Shown here: positions 51,167-59,416 of the stretch, piece by piece
Layout: each line of letters starts with the position of its first letter
How positions within the stretch are numbered: the stretch's first letter is position 1
Assembly (NCBI GenBank): GCA_038733315.1
Contig: JAVYPJ010000001.1
Location: 231,863 to 295,862, forward strand
Direction of reading: 5' to 3'
DNA from: Candidatus Aenigmatarchaeota archaeon
Lineage (GTDB): Archaea; Aenigmatarchaeota; Aenigmatarchaeia; CG10238-14; SpSt-28
Length of the DNA stretch: 64,000 nt
The notes under the pieces: model-generated
The model's input: only the letters and a program-made list of their open reading frames with translations
Told to the model about the DNA's origin: nothing
Database searches by the model: none
Program-made: the position numbers and the translations under genes

Positions 51167-52378
51167 ATGAATGTAGAAAAAATAAGGAGAGATTTTCCAA
51201 TTCTTAACTTAAAAGTTAGTGGGAAAAAATTAATTTATTTTGATAATGCAGCTACAACTCAAAAGCCTAAATGTGTAATTAACAAAATAAAAGAGTTTTA
51301 TGAAAAATTTAATGCAAATGTTCATAGAGGTCTTTATAAACTAAGCGAGGAAGCTTCAGAGCTTTATGAAGAAGCTCATAGAAAGGTTGCAGATTTTATT
51401 AATGCAGATTGGAGAGAGATAATATTTACTAAGAATGCAACAGAATCCATAAACTTAGTTGCTTATTCATATTTTTTAAATGAGTTGAAAAAAAATGATA
51501 AAATTTTAATTAGCATAATGGAACATCATTCAAATATAGTTCCGTGGCAATTTGTTAGTAAAAAGAAGGGATGTAAATTAGAATATGTTTATTTAAAAGA
51601 TTATGAAATAGATTTAGAAAATTTTAAGTCAAAAATAAATAAAAACACAAGGCTAGTTTCTATAACTTATATTTCTAATGTATTGGGCTCTGAAAATAAT
51701 GTAAAGGAAATAGTTAAAATTGCTAAGGAAAATGGCGCAATGGTTTTATTGGATGCAACACAAGCAATAAATAAGTTAAAAATTAATGTTAAAAAATTAG
51801 ATGTAGATTTTTTGGTTTTTAGTTCTCATAAAATACTTGGTCCAACTGGTATTGGAGTTTTATATGGAAAAAAAGAAATTTTAGAAAGAATGGAGCCTTT
51901 TATATATGGAGGAGATATGGTTAGAGATGTGGATTTTTTAGATTCTTACTGGAACGAATTGCCATGGAAATTTGAAGCGGGAACACCAAATGTTGCAGAT
52001 GCTTTAGGTTTTGTCGAAGCAATTAAATACTTAGAAAAAATTGGAATAAAAAGAATAGAGAAGTATTTACAGAAACTAACAAAATATTTTTTGAATGAAT
52101 TTTCGAAATTAAAAAGCTTTAAGATAATTGGAAAGGAAAGTTTTAAAAAGAGAACATCAATATTTTCTTTTATTCATGATAAGCTTAATCCTAATGAAAT
52201 AGCTAAAATTTTAGATAAAGAGGGGATTGCAATTAGAAGTGGATATCATTGTGCAATTCCACTAATGAGATATTTAGGTTTATATAAAACTGGTGGAACA
52301 GCAAGAGCTAGCTTATATATTTATAACACAAAAGAAGAAATTGATAGGTTTATAGAAGTCTTAGCAAAGATAAGATAG
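51167..52378 (+). CDS. sufS: SufS-type cysteine desulfurase
   Basis: YFDNAAT.QKP, EHHSN.VPW, SSHK, FEAGTP, RSGYHCA. Confidence 0.93.
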   Translation: MNVEKIRRDFPILNLKVSGKKLIYFDNAATTQKPKCVINKIKEFYEKFNANVHRGLYKLSEEASELYEEAHRKVADFINADWREIIFTKNATESINLVAYSYFLNELKKNDKILISIMEHHSNIVPWQFVSKKKGCKLEYVYLKDYEIDLENFKSKINKNTRLVSITYISNVLGSENNVKEIVKIAKENGAMVLLDATQAINKLKINVKKLDVDFLVFSSHKILGPTGIGVLYGKKEILERMEPFIYGGDMVRDVDFLDSYWNELPWKFEAGTPNVADALGFVEAIKYLEKIGIKRIEKYLQKLTKYFLNEFSKLKSFKIIGKESFKKRTSIFSFIHDKLNPNEIAKILDKEGIAIRSGYHCAIPLMRYLGLYKTGGTARASLYIYNTKEEIDRFIEVLAKIR

Positions 52379-53383
52379 GTTCTTAAAATCTGGCTTTATA
52401 ATCCACCTATCAACAAACCTTTCTTTATTCTGTAGAACAACAATTCTTGACCTTTCATCTTCATCCATGTATTTATAGTTTGGTAAATACTTAAGCAATT
52501 CTAAGGACCATTCTTTTATTTCTTCATGCTTAAGCATATCCTCTTTTTTTAATCTTTTCATAGATAAACCAAGATGCATATAGGATTTAACTTCTATAAA
52601 ATGCGGATTACCTTTTTTAATTAACTCTGCCCAGTTTTTAATCTTTGATTTATCAAAGTTTAAACTTCTTATTAGTGTAATTCTTATCGCTGTTCTACAG
52701 TTAGCCATGGATAAAAACTCTAAGCTTTTATTCCACCTTTCCCAAGCATCTTTATATATAGGAACATTAACTTTTTTGAATGTTTCTTCGTCTGCAGCAT
52801 TCATAGATAAATATAGCTGAGTCGGTAAAGCGTCTTCTTTTTGTAATTTTTCAAGCATTTCTGGCTCTTGACCGTTAGTAACAAGAAATATTGATTTGGT
52901 ATTTGGCAAAGATTTCAAATATTTTATTAATTTATCTAGCTTAGGATATATTGTAGGTTCTCCACTTAAAGAAATGGCATAATGGGATGGCATTCCTTTG
53001 AAAACCTCTTCAAAAACTTTTCTATTTACTTTGGAATTTCCTCCAAAACCGCTTAATAATCTTTTCCATTCCTTTATTAAGTTTTTAATTATTTCTTCTG
53101 GCTCGTCTACTCTGTTTTCATCTAATTTTAAAGTTTTATAAAATTTGGTAGGTCTCCAACAATATACGCATCTATTTTGACAAAAAATTCCAGCTGGACT
53201 AAATTGCATACATTTTAAACTTTCTATTCCATAAAACTTTGCTTTATAGCAACCCACATCACCCTCTAAGGCTTTTTTTTGCCAGTGACAAATTTCTATG
53301 GTAGAGTGATTATAAATTCCATATCCAGCATTCCTTAATTTTTCTTCTGTTTTTTCATCAATTCTTATTTTTTCTATAGCCAT
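52361..53383 (-). CDS. taw1: 4-demethylwyosine synthase Taw1/Tyw1
   Basis: HSTIEICHW, CYK.KFYGI, CQNRCVYCWR, AISLSGEPT, TQLY.S, EVK. Confidence 0.93.
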   Translation of the reverse strand: MAIEKIRIDEKTEEKLRNAGYGIYNHSTIEICHWQKKALEGDVGCYKAKFYGIESLKCMQFSPAGIFCQNRCVYCWRPTKFYKTLKLDENRVDEPEEIIKNLIKEWKRLLSGFGGNSKVNRKVFEEVFKGMPSHYAISLSGEPTIYPKLDKLIKYLKSLPNTKSIFLVTNGQEPEMLEKLQKEDALPTQLYLSMNAADEETFKKVNVPIYKDAWERWNKSLEFLSMANCRTAIRITLIRSLNFDKSKIKNWAELIKKGNPHFIEVKSYMHLGLSMKRLKKEDMLKHEEIKEWSLELLKYLPNYKYMDEDERSRIVVLQNKERFVDRWIIKPDFKNLSYLC

Positions 53384-53430
53384 AATCTAATTCTAAAACC
53401 TAAATATTTATAACAATGTTATAGATATTT

Positions 53431-53769
53431 ATGAAAATATTGTGTGAAATAATTGGAAGCGAATTTTTGCCAATTATTAGAGCACTTATTTCAAGAACTT
53501 TAATAGAAAAATATGGACTTACTCAAACAGAAATAGCAGAAATATTGGGTGTTTCTCAGCCGCTAATTTCTTTTTATCTTTATGGATTAAGAGCTAAAAA
53601 TGTAAAAAACTTTTTAGAAAAGAATAGCGAGATTTTAAATGAGATCGAAAAATTATGTAAAAAGATAATTTATGAAAAAATTGATAAAGATGAAATAGCT
53701 TATAAAATAATTGAAATAGCTAAGAGGATTTATAGAAAAGAAAATATAATAATACCTTGCGATAAGTAG
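53431..53769 (+). CDS. XRE-type HTH transcriptional regulator
   Basis: LP.IR, TQTEIAEILGVSQP.IS.Y..G.R. Confidence 0.8.
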   Translation: MKILCEIIGSEFLPIIRALISRTLIEKYGLTQTEIAEILGVSQPLISFYLYGLRAKNVKNFLEKNSEILNEIEKLCKKIIYEKIDKDEIAYKIIEIAKRIYRKENIIIPCDK

Positions 53770-55008
53770 CTATTCGTATCTTAATGCTTCTACAGCCTCT
53801 AATTTTGAAGCTCTTTTTGCTGGAAAATAACCAGCAATAGTTCCGCAAAGAAATCCTATCATAAGAGCTATAAAAATAGAGTTATAATCGATAACTAACA
53901 TGCTTTCTAATCTTCCTCTTAGAAACATTGTTTCAAAGTTTTTTACTATTATTTGTTGTAAGCCTAAGGACAAAAAAATTCCAAATAAACAACCAATTAT
54001 AGATCCGATAAGCCCCATAACTGCTGACTCCAGCAAAAAAATTTTTAATATATCTCTATTTTTTGCACCTATTGCTTTTAATATTCCAATTTCTTTTGTT
54101 CTTTCTAAAACTGATGTGAACATCGTATTAGAAATTCCTATGGAACCAACGATTATCGAAACGAATGCTATAGCAAGTAAAAAAACAGAAAGTATGCCAA
54201 CAGTTTCAGAAACAATTTCTCTATAGAAAGATGGTGTTATTACAGAAAAAGTCTCTTTTCCTTCTTTTTCGTTTCTTATTCTTAGTAAAAGATTATATAT
54301 TCTATTTCCAACATCTTCTATGTCATAACCATTTTTTACTTTAACTACTATTGAATTTAGCTGATTGTTTGTATTTTGAATTTTTTTAAGGTCTCTTATC
54401 GATAGGAAAATCGCTCTGTCAAAAGAGCTAAGTAATCCACCAGCTTCATTTAGAATACCTACAACTCTAAAACTTTTGTTTGCAATAAAGATTCTATCCC
54501 CTATATTTATCTCTTTTTTGAAAAACTCCTTAGAAGCTCTATAACCTAAAATAACTTCCCCTTCTTTTTCAATAAATCTACCTTCACTTATTCCTATTCT
54601 TTCCGCTTCTGTTTTTACCCAATCGTTAATTCCATAAATTCCATAAACTAATAATCTGTATTCTTCCCTTTCATACCTTACTTGTAAATTTGCTTGAAAA
54701 ACACCATACGCATTTTCAACCCCATCTATTCTTTTTATTTTATCAACATCACTTTCTGAAAATATAGATAATCTTGTCATTGTTAATTGAGCCCTTCTTC
54801 CCATTTGGATTGGTAATATTGTTATAACATTAGATCCCAGATTTCTTTCTAAGTTATATACTATGCTTTCTTCGGTAGCTTTTCCTAAGTTAAAAATCGA
54901 GATAAATACAGCTGAGCCTATAATAATTCCTAATATTGTTAGAAAACTTCTGAGTTTTCTTCTTTGTAAGTTTTTAAAAATTATTCTAAGAATTTCTATA
55001 AAATTCAT
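53770..55008 (-). CDS. MacB/FtsX-type ABC permease
   Basis: RSFLTILGIIIG, GISNTM..SV.ERT.EIG.LKAIGA, PA.RAS. Confidence 0.92.
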   Translation of the reverse strand: MNFIEILRIIFKNLQRRKLRSFLTILGIIIGSAVFISIFNLGKATEESIVYNLERNLGSNVITILPIQMGRRAQLTMTRLSIFSESDVDKIKRIDGVENAYGVFQANLQVRYEREEYRLLVYGIYGINDWVKTEAERIGISEGRFIEKEGEVILGYRASKEFFKKEINIGDRIFIANKSFRVVGILNEAGGLLSSFDRAIFLSIRDLKKIQNTNNQLNSIVVKVKNGYDIEDVGNRIYNLLLRIRNEKEGKETFSVITPSFYREIVSETVGILSVFLLAIAFVSIIVGSIGISNTMFTSVLERTKEIGILKAIGAKNRDILKIFLLESAVMGLIGSIIGCLFGIFLSLGLQQIIVKNFETMFLRGRLESMLVIDYNSIFIALMIGFLCGTIAGYFPAKRASKLEAVEALRYE

Positions 55009-56156
55009 TTCTTTGATTTTTTTCTTTTCTTAAAGAAAATATAAACAAAAATGATTATTAGTAAAGCTGCTGCAACCAAAAATATTAATATGGTAAGATT
55101 TTGCTTTGTATTATCTCCACTTCTATTTATTTGTGGAAATCTTTTTGATATAGAAGTGTTTAGAGTGCTTCTTAAAATTTCTTCATCAATATCGACTGTT
55201 TTTATTTCATTGTATCTATTGTTCAAAGAATCCAAATAGCTTATGTTAAAGCTTATGCGTTTTTTACTTTCTATTTCAAAAGTATCATAATCTCCAGGCA
55301 ATAACTCTTCTATAAAAAAACTTTTTTCATCGTATTTTACAAAAATGTTTTTTGCCTTAGAAATACCAGTGTTTGCAATTTTTATTGTAATAAAATCATA
55401 AGATAGGCTTTCTAAAAAAACATCTATTTTTGGTTTACCAAAAACTTTAATTGAAAAACTTTTGGTTTCATTAAAAACTTTCGAATAATCTTCGTTGTAA
55501 TAGGAAATTAATATCGGAATGTTATAATATCCTATTTCTATCGATGGATTAGAGTAAATATAAAACGTTTTTCTTACACTTTCACCAACTTTAATTTCGT
55601 TTATATATTCTTCATCTTTTTGGAAAGCAAAGAATTGTAAATTTAAGATTTTTATTTTAAGATTTCTGGCAGATGAATATCCATTATTATAAAGTTCTAT
55701 GGTAGCCATTATACCTTTGCCAGGTTCTAAGTATTCCTCAGAAAAAGTAATATTATTTATTAAAATGATGGGGAATTTTATTATTCTTATAGGTATGTTT
55801 ATGAAGAAGGATTTCTTTTCCGTCCCTATATAATAAGAGACATATAGTCTTAAGTTTGATGTATCAGCACTTTCACCAATTTTTATTAAAAAGTTTTGAG
55901 TAAACTGATAAGATGGACCTAATTTTTCAATTTCAAATGTATATGGAGTTATCTGAATATTTTTGTTTTCACTCTCGAAAATGAGATTTATTGATTTTAT
56001 TTCTTCTTTTGTTGGGTTTTGTAAAGTTATAACTAAGGTTGCTATAGAATTTGGATATAATTCTTTTTCTAATATTTGATAATTTATATTAAGCTCTGAA
56101 AAACCTATTGTTAATGTGCTTAATAAAATTGCGATTATAAATATTTTAATTTTCAT
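55005..56156 (-). CDS. COG1361-like S-layer/Ig-fold protein with C-terminal TM anchor
   Basis: Signal peptide, N.G..A.N repeats, TM followed by a basic tail. Confidence 0.75.
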   Translation of the reverse strand: MKIKIFIIAILLSTLTIGFSELNINYQILEKELYPNSIATLVITLQNPTKEEIKSINLIFESENKNIQITPYTFEIEKLGPSYQFTQNFLIKIGESADTSNLRLYVSYYIGTEKKSFFINIPIRIIKFPIILINNITFSEEYLEPGKGIMATIELYNNGYSSARNLKIKILNLQFFAFQKDEEYINEIKVGESVRKTFYIYSNPSIEIGYYNIPILISYYNEDYSKVFNETKSFSIKVFGKPKIDVFLESLSYDFITIKIANTGISKAKNIFVKYDEKSFFIEELLPGDYDTFEIESKKRISFNISYLDSLNNRYNEIKTVDIDEEILRSTLNTSISKRFPQINRSGDNTKQNLTILIFLVAAALLIIIFVYIFFKKRKKSKK

Positions 56157-56827
56157 ATTTCTTCAATCCTACCATCTTTAATTTTTATTGTTCTATTAGA
56201 GTATTTTGTCAGCTCTATGTTGTGCGTAACCATAATAATAGTTGTGCCCTCTTCATTTATATTTTTAAACGTTTCCATAACTTCTTTTGAAGATTTCGAG
56301 TCTAAATTTCCAGTTGGCTCATCTGCTAAAAGAATTTTTGGATCATTAGCTAGGGATCTTGCGATTGCTACTTTTTGTTGTTGACCGCCAGATAACTGAT
56401 TCGGTTTATTATAAAATCTACTTTCTTCTAAACCAACAAGATTTAAGAGTTTTGCAGCTTTTTCTTCTGCTTTTTTTCTTGAAATTCCTTTTAATAGCAT
56501 TGGAAGCATTACATTTTCTATTGCATTTAAGTATGGAAACAAATAGTAAAATTGAAATACGAAACCTATTTTTTCTCTTCTAATTTCAGCAAGTTCATCT
56601 TCGCTTAATTTAGAAATGTCCATACCATCTATTATTACTTTTCCTTTATCTGGCTTATCTAAGCAACCAATTATATGTAATAGAGTAGATTTTCCAGAAC
56701 CAGATGGACCTAGGATTGATAAGAAATCGCCTTTTTCAATCTCTAAGTTTATATTCTTAAGGACTTCGATTTTATTATTTCCTATGATATAGCTTTTACA
56801 AACATTAATTAGCTTTATAATCTCCAT
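56153..56827 (-). CDS. LolD/MacB-type ABC ATPase
   Basis: GPSGSGKS, LSGGQ, ADEPTGNLD. Confidence 0.95.
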   Translation of the reverse strand: MEIIKLINVCKSYIIGNNKIEVLKNINLEIEKGDFLSILGPSGSGKSTLLHIIGCLDKPDKGKVIIDGMDISKLSEDELAEIRREKIGFVFQFYYLFPYLNAIENVMLPMLLKGISRKKAEEKAAKLLNLVGLEESRFYNKPNQLSGGQQQKVAIARSLANDPKILLADEPTGNLDSKSSKEVMETFKNINEEGTTIIMVTHNIELTKYSNRTIKIKDGRIEEI

Positions 56828-56874
56828 AATTTTTAGTCTTTAAGTACTTTAAAAATTTCCTTAGAGTAAGTATT

Positions 56875-57318
56875 ATGAAAAGATTAAGTTTACCGCCCTT
56901 AATAAAACATTTTGAAGCCTTTTCTGCTTTTGCAGATAATAGAATTAAAAAAATTGATGAAAAAAATTATGAAATAGTATCTTCTGATGCCTCTAAAATA
57001 TACAGAATTTATGTTGAAGGTATAAACGATAAAGAATTTTTAGTTTATAGCAATGATAATGGAACTATTTTAAGAGGTTATATCGGCTATCCGATTTTGG
57101 CTGTATTAATCGAAAAGAAAATTTTAGAAATGCCAAAAAACTATTTGGTTTTAAAAGGAATTAAATGGAAAGAATTGAATGAAAAATATAAAAATTATCA
57201 GAGGGTTTTGGAAATTGTTAAAAGTAGAATTGGGGATAAGAGTTTTGAAGAAATATTAAACATTGCTTTATCAAACCAAGAAAAATTAAGCAAACTAATA
57301 TTTTATTTAAAAACATAA
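56875..57318 (+). CDS. Conserved hypothetical protein
   Basis: PP.IK..EA..A.AD.R, SSD, SNDNG, GYP motifs. Confidence 0.6.
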   Translation: MKRLSLPPLIKHFEAFSAFADNRIKKIDEKNYEIVSSDASKIYRIYVEGINDKEFLVYSNDNGTILRGYIGYPILAVLIEKKILEMPKNYLVLKGIKWKELNEKYKNYQRVLEIVKSRIGDKSFEEILNIALSNQEKLSKLIFYLKT

Positions 57319-57322
57319 TTAT

Positions 57323-58123
57323 TCAAAGTTTAATTTTCTTTAAAAACTGAAATAGTATGCTAACTAAGTTTATCGCATCTTTTTTTTCTTTTATTAAAAA
57401 TTCTACAAAATCCATTCCAACAATCTTTACGCTTTCAAAAGAGTTAACAATTTTATAAACATCATACATATCTAATCCAAAAGCTTCTGGAAAGTTTGAA
57501 TTTATTATATAGCTATCCATAACGTCTACATCAAAGCTTATGTAAATGCTATCAAAAGAATTTAAAAAATCTTTTATTTTCGATATAGAGTTTTTTAGTT
57601 TTTCTTTTATTTCAAATGTTGTTAAAAAATTAATCTTTTCATTCTTTAAGAATTCTTTTTCGTCTTCATCTATACTTCTAATACCTACTAAAAAAATTCT
57701 TTCTGAATCTACTAAGTCTAAAAACCTTCTTAGCCAAGTTGCTCTAGAGTATTTACTTTTATAAAAATTTTTTAAATCTGCATGGGCATCGAATATTAAA
57801 ATTCCGCTGTTTTCATTACATATTCCTAAGGAAAATAGCGTTGTCAAATGATTACAAGAAAAAATTATCGGAATTTTATTATCATTAATTACACTTAAAG
57901 ATTTTTGATAAATCTCATCAAAATCTTTGAATTTATAGTTTCCTAAATCACAAATCTTTAAATTTTTTAGAACGTTTTCTAAGCTTTTAGGATCTATAGG
58001 TTCTATATCTCCAAAATCTCTTAATTTTTCCAAATTTTTTTTCTCACTATTTTTTTGATAAAAAGAAATTGTGCAAACGTTAGAATTATTATATTCAAAT
58101 ATAGCAAACTTAAATTTTTTCAT
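57323..58123 (-). CDS. Arginase/agmatinase-family protein, degenerate
   Basis: DLGN, NH, FDAHADL, GIRS, DVDVMD, PE..G; ATG at 58123. Confidence 0.75.
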   Translation of the reverse strand: MKKFKFAIFEYNNSNVCTISFYQKNSEKKNLEKLRDFGDIEPIDPKSLENVLKNLKICDLGNYKFKDFDEIYQKSLSVINDNKIPIIFSCNHLTTLFSLGICNENSGILIFDAHADLKNFYKSKYSRATWLRRFLDLVDSERIFLVGIRSIDEDEKEFLKNEKINFLTTFEIKEKLKNSISKIKDFLNSFDSIYISFDVDVMDSYIINSNFPEAFGLDMYDVYKIVNSFESVKIVGMDFVEFLIKEKKDAINLVSILFQFLKKIKL

Positions 58124-59198
58124 AATTTTCAATAAAGAATTTAAAGTTGTTTATTCTTATAGATTTTCCATCTAAATAACTTTTGCTTGCAGATAAATTT
58201 TGCTTTCTAAAGTAATTAACTATAGATTCTATGCTTTTCGGACTTTTTTTAAACTTTTTAGAAAATAAATGAGTGTTAAATGTTATAGGGGGTATAGTAT
58301 AATCTTCACAAAAATCTTTCATAGCTTTTTCAAATATTTTTTTTACATCTTTAAACTTAGAATTTTCATAAGCATTTTTAATAAAATTCTCATCAAAAAG
58401 TTTTCCTACATATGTAACTCCCATATTAAAAAAGTTTTTATTACATATTTCACACTTTTCATAAATTCCAACTTTTTTATTCATACAATTTTCACAGAAA
58501 CTTAAGAAACCTAAGCAATTTTTTAATTCTTTTTGTATTTTTGTTTTAGAGCATTTTTTTAACAAAACATAGATTTTTACAAAATGTTTTTCAGAATAGC
58601 TAAAAAGAACATTAGAAGAGAAGTTAAAGGAGGAAAAAAAAGTTATTGTTTTTGAAATAAGGTTTCTTATCGCTAACTCTCTTTCCATATCAGTTTCACA
58701 ACAGTAAATACCATATCTCATCAAACATTTTTCACTGTATTTGCCAGAAAGAGTTGCAATGTCTGTTGCAGTTAGTGAGAGCAAAGTTTCTTTTTTTAGA
58801 AAATCTATTATGTATGGAAAAAATGTTATAGGAGTTCCGAAGGGATCTATATCAATAATTTCAAACTTTTCGTTTAATACACATTTTAAGTTTTTTGCAT
58901 TTTCATTAAAAATATTAATTTTTACTTTGTTGATTTTAGCATTTTTTTTCAGATAATCAACAGCTTTTTTACTAATGTCATTGCTAAAAACCTCTAAAAA
59001 AGGTAAGGATTTTTTTATTCTTATTGAGTTAGTTCCTATGGAGCTTAATAAATCTAAGAGTTTGTAATTTTCTTTTGCGTAATTTTTAAAAATTTCTATA
59101 TTTAAGTTTCTTACTATTCTCATTTGTGGGTTATAAAATGCCTTTTTATCTAAGATATTTTCTAAATAAAAAATCGCATCCTCTTCTTTTACTTCCAT
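58110..59198 (-). CDS. trm1: tRNA (guanine26-N2)-dimethyltransferase
   Basis: FYNP.M...R, ND, DIDPFGTP, TATD, C-terminal CxxC pairs. Confidence 0.88.
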   Translation of the reverse strand: MEVKEEDAIFYLENILDKKAFYNPQMRIVRNLNIEIFKNYAKENYKLLDLLSSIGTNSIRIKKSLPFLEVFSNDISKKAVDYLKKNAKINKVKINIFNENAKNLKCVLNEKFEIIDIDPFGTPITFFPYIIDFLKKETLLSLTATDIATLSGKYSEKCLMRYGIYCCETDMERELAIRNLISKTITFFSSFNFSSNVLFSYSEKHFVKIYVLLKKCSKTKIQKELKNCLGFLSFCENCMNKKVGIYEKCEICNKNFFNMGVTYVGKLFDENFIKNAYENSKFKDVKKIFEKAMKDFCEDYTIPPITFNTHLFSKKFKKSPKSIESIVNYFRKQNLSASKSYLDGKSIRINNFKFFIENYEKI

Positions 59199-59256
59199 AT
59201 TTTTGAAACAAACGAAAATAATATATATTTCAATAAAGATTTATCATTATTATATC

Positions 59257-59319
59257 GGGCTGATGAAAGACGAATTATAAAGTGTAAAGTAATGGCGACA
59301 TGGGCACCTATTGAAGCCC
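59257..59319 (+). ncRNA. Box C/D-like sRNA in the 23S 5' leader, candidate guide for Um2552
   Basis: GGGCT/AGCCC terminal stem, box C TGATGA 59261-66, C'-like TGGCGA 59293-98, 12-nt spacer, D-like TTGA 59311-14; 9-nt complement to 62057-62065. Confidence 0.6.
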
Positions 59320-59380
59320 TATATGCAACTCCCAGAGAATTCTGGGGGTTAAGGTTGAAAGCTATGATATGAGCTTAATG

Positions 59381-59416
59381 AGAGAGGAGATGCAAGATAG
59401 CATCTGGATTAGTGGC
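59381..59416 (+). other. 5' strand of the 23S processing stem with bulge-helix-bulge
   Basis: AGAGAGGAGATGCAAGA-TAGC-ATC(bulge)-TGGATTAGTGGC pairs with 62419-62454. Confidence 0.92.

Noticed and set aside
602..58956. Many short antisense or overlapping ORFs rich in F/S/L/I
   Set aside because: Shadow frames of Lys/Glu-rich AT-biased genes.
59267..59278. D' guide AAGACGAATTA against 23S TAATTTCTT (61461-61469)
   Set aside because: Needs a 2-nt bulge and no recognisable D' box follows; the target could be outside the window.
59260..59300. CTGATGA as a hammerhead ribozyme core
   Set aside because: No stem II followed by GAAA and no stem III/UH site; a C/D-like fold fits better.
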